A DNA stretch of 63,730 nt, counting the filler, from Craspedostauros australis (lineage: Eukaryota), in NCBI GenBank assembly GCA_030167865.1. It is 6 parts of 6 records of this genome, joined end to end, with 100 filler letters (N's around TTAATTAATTAA, not from the genome) between each part and the next. Parts side by side here need not be neighbours in the genome. Positions count along the whole stretch, not along the records: positions 54,788 to 61,683 come from JALAGF010003955.1; positions 61,784 to 63,730 come from JALAGF010003964.1; 4 more parts are not named here. One strand, written 5' to 3'. A program made the position numbers and the translations under genes. Positions 55,958-63,730 of this stretch are shown here, piece after piece. Position 1 is the stretch's first letter. Each line of letters starts with the position of its first letter. A model generated the notes under the pieces. It saw only the letters and a program-made list of their open reading frames with translations, was not told the DNA's origin and did no database searches.

Positions 55958-57593
55958 GACAGTTGTTGTTTTTGGCCGTGGTGATGATGTTGCCGATGAT
56001 GGTTCTCGATTGTGGGGTTGAATAGGGGGTCGAGCAGAGAGTTGAATGCATTCACACGATGTGCCCAAACTTCGCAAAGAAAGTATGCGGAGAGAGTGAG
56101 ATGAGAACTGGTTGCACCAAATTGCGGTGCTGATGCTGAAGTCGTGATCGCGTGGTGATCGCGTGGCGAACGCGTGATGGTTTGCGTAATTTCGGTTCAG
56201 TTTGGTTCGGTTACGCTGGACGACTCTGGGCGTACAACATCCAAATTGTGTGTCAGTGATGACAACATTGATGACGTCAATGATGACATGGATCGCATGC
56301 CAGTTGTGAACAACGATCGCGAATGTGACATCTAAGCCCAGTAGATGGTCAGTCACGTTAATCGTCTGATATGCCCCAATGCCCACGTAGAGGTACTCTA
56401 CATACATTGGCATGGGTGCCTATCTGCGAAGAAACTGGACTTCGCGAAGGACGTGGCGTTCAACATGTTCGGAGCCACCGAATTGTTTTTGCCTCCACTT
56501 TTGCCTTCGTTGGCTACCAACGTCAGAGTAAAGTCTCACAATTTCTTGTGCATTCTCTGTCCTTTGGGGCACTGTTGTTCCTATCCGTTGGTGCAACCGC
56601 AAGAAACCAAGGTTCGCTTCGCTTCAACCTCTCAAATAATGCACGAAAAGAAACCAACGTCATCAGGAGGGATACCCAATTCTCGGAAAGGCCCATCTTG
56701 ACACTCTCTGTCCCAGGGATCGGAACGGAAACATCGAAGGTGAGAGAACGGAAACATCTGAGTGGTCTATCCGCACATAGTCACCTTTACCGCTGCCTAC
56801 ACCAACACGCACACATCACCCCCATCTTCATCTTCTTCTTCTTCTTCATCTGCAAGAGCGTGCGCCTTTCCCTCGGCCGCAGGACTTGGAAACGAAGCAA
56901 AGTCCAAGTCATTTGTGATTCTACTGTGAACAATCTTGGACTGCGAGAAGTCACCAGGCAAACAGGCGTCTGAGAACAAGTTGAACGCTCGACACCCAGA
57001 GATCCTCGCAAAACACGATCACAGTTACGAATACAATGCCTCACGCAAGAGCGTCCCAGAGAGCGCACGCAAGCCTGAATACTCCAGAGCAGCACTCCAC
57101 CTTGTGCACATCGAGTGCAACAGTATCCCAGACAAATTCAAACTTTTGACATCTCAATTCGTACAAGCGGTTGAAGATCTGTGGCGGTTTTGGTACCGTT
57201 GTTTTGCAGCAACACGAAGTTGGCAGTTAGTACGTATTAATAAGAAATTAGCCGTGTATCCCGAAAAGGAAGATCCACGATTCTCCTTTTCGATTTCTCA
57301 TTAGGAGTGGTAGACAGACAGACGCAACATTTTGCTTTTAAAATTGCACAACACACATCACGCAAACGCGGAAGGATTCTCAGCATAGTCGCAATGACCA
57401 TGACCAAAACACGATCCACCAACAAACGGGTTGATGTGAGCAACGGCATCATCACCTGAACACATCCATCACATCCATCATCTCCACATTGCCATCTTCT
57501 GCATCGGCAAGCCGCAACCGTACAAACGCAGATTCGTCTCATCCAAACACTAGTAGCAACAATAGCAACGCCAATAACATCGATATCATCATC

Positions 57594-58286
57594 ATGACAA
57601 GATACGATGGCCGAATCATGCACCTCTCGTGTATTCTGATGACCGCGCTGATCGCCTCGTTGGGCATTCTGTCGCAGGTGCACATGACGGCCGCCGCCGG
57701 TTTGGAACGTCCAGACACGCTGGCCAAGATGCTCTTCCAGTCCGTCCGCAACGACGATCCCGATCTGATCCGCGAACAGCTCAACAAAGGTGCCGACATC
57801 AACACCATCGGACCTGGTGGACAGACTCCTTTGATGCACGCCGTCCTGCAGGGTCGGTTGGATGCCGTCCGATTCCTGCTGCGCAACGGAGCCGACACCA
57901 GCATCGGTGAGAAGGATGGATTCACGCCGCTGCACGGTGCCGGATTCCAAGGACGTGCCAAGATCGCCACGGAGCTTCTGAAGGCCGGCATGGATCCCAT
58001 GGAGTACCATCAAGATGGATACCTGGCGATGCACCGCGCCTGTTGGGGAACCGAGGCCAGGCATGCCCAAACCGTCAAGGTCTTTTTGGCGGACGGCGTG
58101 CCACCGGCGCAAGCCGCAAAGAACGGCAAGACGTGCGCTGAGATGGCCACCAACAACAAGATGACGCAGAAAGTGTTGCGCGAGTACGCGAGGCTGCAGA
58201 AGAAGCTGGAGAAGGGATTCAACGTGGATGCAGCCGATGCCCAGGCCGCTGCGGGAGCAGAGGCGGACGTCAAGGATGAACTCTAG
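57594..58286 (+). CDS. Secreted/ER-lumenal ankyrin-repeat protein ending in KDEL
   Basis: Hydrophobic N-terminus (ILMTALIASLGILSQV); ANK repeats GQTPLMHA, GFTPLHGA and GYLAMHRA; C-terminal VKDEL then stop. Confidence 0.85.
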   Translation: MTRYDGRIMHLSCILMTALIASLGILSQVHMTAAAGLERPDTLAKMLFQSVRNDDPDLIREQLNKGADINTIGPGGQTPLMHAVLQGRLDAVRFLLRNGADTSIGEKDGFTPLHGAGFQGRAKIATELLKAGMDPMEYHQDGYLAMHRACWGTEARHAQTVKVFLADGVPPAQAAKNGKTCAEMATNNKMTQKVLREYARLQKKLEKGFNVDAADAQAAAGAEADVKDEL

Positions 58287-58793
58287 ATCAATGCACGCGT
58301 ATGGTACAATGTCGTGATTCTACCGAGGTTGCCTGAGGCGATTCCAGCCATGGAGTCCTCGAGGAGCTACTGTGGTTGCTCAGCACGTCTGATGACGAGA
58401 GCCATGGCGAACACGACAGTTCGGAGAGAGGCACTGCATACCTCTTGCAGTTGAATTGGCCACCGGCGGAGGGCACTGGTATCGCTTTGGCGCAACCACA
58501 ACGATGTTGCAAGTCAAACGTATGTGATGTCGACAAATACTAGCAATGCGATAGTCATGCAACGAGTATTCGATTCAATTCTGAGATTTCAATCGATCTC
58601 TACCATCTACTCGTACAGAGAGTTATCGTGCCCCAACCCTTTACACTTGCACTTGAGGTTGCTGCTGCTGAGAGTACAATACCCTTTGTAGCGATGTTCA
58701 AAATTCGCTGGGATCATCATCGTCCCTCCTCACTGTCCCATTATGAGCTTATTTTCCTTTCGTGTTGGTTGGTTGGTTGCTTTGGCGTTAACA

Positions 58794-61683
58794 CTAGTAG
58801 GATGGATCCTCATCATCGCTAGCTCGGATTCCTTCCTCTGTGTCCGAGACAATCACCTTCTCCTCTTCAGCTTCCCCGCGGCACCGCATTCTGCAGCACA
58901 GGATGATTCCGATGAATGCCAAACCGCCGAAGACGGATCCCAGGATGATCCATAGCCGTTCCCTGTCGGATCCATCATCGCTCACGCCGTACGGTGCATT
59001 CAGGATCCTTTGGATTATGATCTGCTTCTGTTCGTCTGAGACGCCGACGTAGCCGGTGGCCTCCATCAGCTCGGGATGATTCATTCCGAATAGCATGTAC
59101 GGTGCTGTGTTGGACAAGGAGGCGGCATCATTGTGCAAGTTCATGAAGATTGGACGCGTTAGCGGCTCATAGGATCCGTCGGCGATAGTCTTGTCCGTTG
59201 GCTCCACGTACACGCCCTTCGTGTTCATGATGGGGACGGGCGACAGCGTGCCGCGGTTGGCGAAGTAGAAGCCGTATCCAAAGTACGAGATGGCCTCACC
59301 GTGCTCTTCCAAGTACTCCACGAGCTGCTCATACTTGGGTGTGTTGAAGTAACCAAACACGGGCCTCTCCGAATCGAACGTCTCTCCGTTCTTGTAATCC
59401 GGGAGGACCTTGCTTTCGAACAGTTCGTACGTTCCAGAGTCAATCTCTGCACCGGCGATGCGGATCTCCACCCGCTCGCAGTCTGGATGCAGCTCGGACC
59501 ATGTGTGGGTGTTGGAGCTCCAGTCGGACTGCGGGATGGCGGTATTGCTATCCCATCCGGCTTCTTCCAGCCTGAGGTTCGGCGTGGGTGTGCGCAGTTG
59601 GATGCAAACACAGCACAAGTTGGCAGTGGGGGTGGGAGTGCGAGTGTGTGTGGTACGGTACAATGGGATGGATAGAGTGAGACGATGTCGAGCAAAGAAC
59701 AGAAGGACCAACACAGGTCTGCCTGCCATTCAATGAAGTACTCCACATAAGTGCTATGGTCTGAAACAGCGGGTCGCATGTCGGCAGCCCTTAGCCGTAG
59801 TGTTGAGCGCAAGGCAGCGCTGCGGCCCACACCGGCTCAACGGACACATCTGCAAAAGCCCAGGCACACACAGAGGCACACATGTCGACAGCTTCACTTA
59901 CTGCGAGTCACTGTAGCTGGAGTAAATCCAACGCAGCTGATCCATTGTCAATCCACCCAGGACTTCGTTGATGCAGCGCCAGGCGACGCCGCCTTCTCGC
60001 ACCGCGACGGTCACACCGTCGACAGCAACGTCGGTTTGAATGATGCTGCGGCTAGTATCACCGACGCTGCACCTGTAAAGACCGCCTCCTGCGTCGCTGA
60101 CGGTTTTGCCGACTCTCCATTGACGCGACATGTCACCAATGTCAATTGCGTAGGACTCGTCGAGTGACTTGTCGCTGGGATTGGCACTGCAGACTCGCAA
60201 TCCACCTGCCGTGGATCCGCCGCCCTCCACGGTGATGTTGACGTGCGGACAGCCGATCTGGTAAACGTCGGCCCACGTGCTGGCGACGGGGAAGACTGTG
60301 GTGGAACCCGCAATGTCGATCGATCGCGGTTGGCCGATGGTTCCTCGGCAGTACTCTTGGATGTCCTTCACAGGAATGCCGGACTTGCTCTGCATCCGTG
60401 TTGTCATGCTGATGACTCGTCGATCGGACAAAGGCAACAGCCCAAACTCTTCCACCGCCTTGCGCGCGAGAGGAGAAGTCAGTCCGAAATCCAAAAATGA
60501 TCGAAGCTGGCGCTCCTTGCGTGTGAGGCTATCAGCGTGGTCATCTTCGTACATGTCCTTGTCGAGATTGAGGTTGATATAGAGATTACGAGAGTACGGG
60601 AAGGTGCCATCCTGGAAGCTGGCGATCGATGGGATCACGCTACTAGAAGGGTCGGAGATGGTTGGCAGATGATGAAGGATCATCATGTCTTCGCGGTTGA
60701 AGTCTGAGAAGATGGTGCCGATACCAAAGAAGGTGATCGCACCATCGTTCGCCTTGAGGTACTCCTCCTGGAGTTGCTGGGTGGTCTTGTCTTGTGTTGT
60801 CACCGGGGCACTGGCGGTTGTGATGACGGCATCACCTCCACCTAGGCTCCCGTCCAGCTCAACATACCGATCCTTGTCCAGATCTTCGCCGAAGCCTGGG
60901 AAGAAGAGGGATCGGAAGAGCTGGGATTTGGTGTCATCTCTTCGAGGTCCGACGAGCTGGATGGGTGTGTCGGGACAGCTCGGGTCCAGCTCGGACCATT
61001 TCTTGACTTCTGGTTCATCGTCGGGAAAGGCAGGGGCGGCGTGGTCATCTCGACCGCTCTTGTTGATTTCATTCTCGTTCCAGTTGGAGAAGATCCAGCG
61101 GATCTGTTCTGTGGTGAGTGCATCCTTGAGGTTCCTGCGGATGCATTCTGCGATGGGGCTGGACTTGTGATAGGCCAATGCGATGCCTTCCTTGGCGATT
61201 TCGATCTGTGTGGTCGTTTGTGATGTGGGTGTGAACATGTGGGCGTGGGCGTAAGTGTGAGCATGAATTTAAGTGTGGTGGTTTCATCATCACCAACTCG
61301 GCTACGATCGCTCATGAACACCAAGGCAGAGCAACATCGCCGCTTCATCAACCTTTCATTCAAGTCAACATGCTTTGCCTGCGTTCGCATGGTGTTTGTA
61401 CTATACGTACCTGCAGAGCAGCCCGACTTGATCGTTTGCATTCGTAGAGGTACTCGCGAGTACCCTCGGACTGATCTGGCAGCACCACGGCTTCCGAAGA
61501 CGTCCATGGCCGTGACATGCCTGCTGCGTCCGCCACAGATGATGATGAAGTACCGCACAGCATGGATCCAGCTGCATTGGAACCCGATACATCCTCCAGT
61601 CGGATGTCGGCGGAGCAGTCCTGTGGTTGATCGGTATCAAAGTAGAGGTTGGCCCATCGATCGAGAAGCGGGTAGATGGCGGA
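58794..61683 (-). CDS. PstS-like phosphate-binding protein, 3' part (exon 1 end 61683-61411, exon 2 61205-59902, exon 3 59571-58794); two PBP domains plus a C-terminal TM helix
   Basis: Domain 1 ends DGTFPYSRNLYI. Domain 2 has IAGSTTVFP, GGGSTAG, IDIGDMSR, VAVDG, DSGTYELF and DGSYEPLTRPIF. Intron 2 CA|GTAAGT...CTCAG|G (59901-59572) restores SDSQLEEAGW. TM helix LWIILGSVFGGLAFIGIILCC. Confidence 0.85.
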
Positions 61684-61783
61684 NNNNNNNNNNNNNNNNN
61701 NNNNNNNNNNNNNNNNNNNNNNNNNNNTTAATTAATTAANNNNNNNNNNNNNNNNNNNNNNNNNNNNNNNNNNNNNNNNNNNN
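61684..61783. other. Artificial scaffold-concatenation linker
   Basis: 44N-TTAATTAATTAA-44N. Confidence 0.97.
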
Positions 61784-62380
61784 GGAATTTGTGGGAGTAC
61801 CATTTCTTGTTGAATGGGGTTGGTTCTTCAATTTGAAAATCGGTGCCATCCACTGTGATCCTGCATGAGTGGTCAACTTGGCCGAGGTTGCGGCGCTCCC
61901 ACACAACCTGAAAAGGAATATGCACAATGGGTGTGAGTGTGTTCATTGGGAATCAAGCAATTGCACATCATCACAGCAAAGCAGATCCAGACAGGCTTCA
62001 TGCGGACTTACCAGAGTGTAGAGCTTCGAAGCAATTTGCTTGATCACAAGCCACGTGTATCTCTTGAGAGTCCGATCTGCCACTCCAAGGAAGACACAAG
62101 CCATGCGGACAGTTGGATAGTGACGCAAATAGTAGAGCGTCCACAACAGATGTTTGGGCTTGAATGGAGCAGCAAAATCGCAGTGCTCCCAGATGCGAAG
62201 ACACAAGTGTGGATTCACACCGAATGTGGATGCGAAGCTCTCTCCGAACTGAGACTGCGCAAGAGGGTGGTTACCATTTCTGGCCTTCAGAGTGATGTTC
62301 ATCAAGAACTGACCGACAGTCACGAAGTCACTGACATCCACATTGGCGTAGTCGAAGCGAGATGCCATGCTTGCTTTCAT
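61784..62380 (-). mobile_element. PIF/Harbinger-ISL2EU-like (DDE_Tnp_4) transposase, spliced and 3'-truncated
   Basis: The N-terminal HTH-like region F.STFGV..KPKHLLWTLYYLRHY..LGVADRTLKRYTW is joined through intron CTG|GTAAGT...TTTCAG|GTT (62011-61908) to VVWERR..ITVDGTDFQIEEP..WYSHKF, which carries the first catalytic Asp. Confidence 0.8.
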
Positions 62381-63190
62381 GTGCGATGGTGATGGTGTTT
62401 GTGATGGTGCTTGCGATGGCTTTTGTTCGATCAAAATTTCGAAAGTATGCGCTCAATGATGATGTTGGGTGCACGTTTTTGTTTGTTGCTTGCGTTTGAA
62501 TGCCAGGATGGCATCTTGACGATCTTCTGTGGCTGTCAACCTCAGCTAGCTGGAATGTATCAATGTACAAACAAGGAAATGGAGATGGATGGTGTGAGAA
62601 TCAACATGGAATGCAGATCAAGGAACCCGCCTTTGGTACGAATGCCACATGACACGCCACGACAGCAAAGACTGACACCACTCATCCTCAGTGTGCTCGT
62701 CATGATGAGCGGTGGGATCAAAGCAACGACACTCAATTCAAGGATTGTCAATGGCAGCAATGTTCAGAAGATCAAACGTACCAAGTGGAGTCAAATTGAG
62801 TTCATCAGCTGCTTTGGAGGAGTTTCATCTTGTGAGAGATGCATGAACTGTCATTGGTGCTCAAGAAGCACTGCTCGCCATCCAACTGGCACAGGTGTTG
62901 CTGTTGGTTCGTTTCTCCGCGCAACTTCTGGTGGGAAGCTGCTCCGCCACGAAAATCGAACGTCAAGTTGGTGCTGCTGGTGGAAAACACCACATGAACG
63001 AGTCAGAACAATGCAGCGCGCACACCCAGCACCAAAACGGGCGCGCGAATGTGTGCACACAGTGTCATGGAAACTTAGTGCGAGACGGGACTTCAAGGGC
63101 CAGCANCAACCAGTTTAATTCGTTCCATCTAACGGAACCAACTGTCACAACGACACCCCCTGCCGTCCGATACGACAAATCAAAATACAG

Positions 63191-63240
63191 TGACGACATC
63201 GCAAAATAAATTGACGACATCGCAAAATAAATTGACGACA
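63191..63240 (+). repeat. 21-bp tandem repeat TGACGACATCGCAAAATAAAT, about 2.4 copies
   Basis: Seen directly, within an ACGAC/GTCGT-rich non-coding tract. Confidence 0.9.
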
Positions 63241-63730
63241 GACAAGAATCGCACCGGGCCTTCTTTTCATTTCTGTTTGAAACGGTGGCTGGTGAGTTGT
63301 GTTTCGTTTTGTCGTCATTTGGGGAACAAAAGATCCCTGAGGGAAGATCCTACGAACAGTTCCTACTGGATTTCTACGGAGAACCGGCTGGCGTTCACGT
63401 ATTGTTGATAGTACGACACGACTTGAAGTCTTGCTTTGTCGTAGAAAAACCGTGTCCTGTCGTACGATTTTGGCATGACGACGTCGCAAGAATTCGAGTT
63501 GTCGTCACCGACGACATGTGATCACGTTAACATGATTTGTGTCCGTCCCGCAAACCAAACACTGAACAACAAGCGAGGCTACGCGGCTTCCCACATGCGA
63601 AAATCAATCACGAAATGAGCACAACAGCGCCACAAAATAAGTGTCCTCCTCCTCAAACTGCAAATGGCAAGACATGAATACTGCAATGATGTTCGATGAT
63701 GAATCCATTTGAATGATTGAGTGTTCTAAA

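Noticed and set aside
62411..63118. 235-aa ORF divergent from the transposase as the Harbinger Myb/SANT or ISL2EU exonuclease partner
   Set aside because: It has no recognisable Trp-spaced Myb or YqaJ motifs and its composition looks non-coding.

Overview
This is eukaryotic nuclear DNA, most likely from a pennate diatom. The evidence is GT-AG introns, a signal-peptide+Phe ('ASAFAP'-type) plastid-targeting N-terminus, a diatom-style Ty1/copia gag, and expanded ANK/BTB and AAA-TPR families. The window is not one locus. It is six scaffolds joined by artificial 100-bp linkers (44N-TTAATTAATTAA-44N): 1-17182, 17283-32031, 32132-45187, 45288-54687, 54788-61683 and 61784-63730. Scaffold 1 carries a Cys-rich repeat surface protein, an EEP nuclease fused to a retrotransposon-type (RLE) PD-(D/E)XK domain, a BTB protein, a NASP-like histone chaperone and two disordered paralogs sharing an unrecognised motif. 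Scaffolds 2 and 3 overlap each other (reverse-complement) at both ends, defining a circularly permuted unit of about 17.5 kb. That unit contains a DUF1749 hydrolase, a HAT/TPR protein, a (GATGTG)n array, a decayed coiled-coil-BTB copy, an Mx-like dynamin, an SLC43-like MFS transporter and an ANK-coiled-coil-BTB gene. Scaffold 4 has a bacterial-type AAA/STAND-TPR ATPase and a decayed copia gag with a nested 165-bp TIR/TSD insertion. Scaffold 5 has a 978-bp terminal direct repeat (5,918-bp unit) that splits a membrane-anchored, two-domain PstS-like phosphate-binding gene, and it also encodes a KDEL-ending ankyrin protein. Scaffold 6 begins in a spliced PIF/Harbinger-like DDE transposase. All family calls come from reading motifs by eye; no database search was run.
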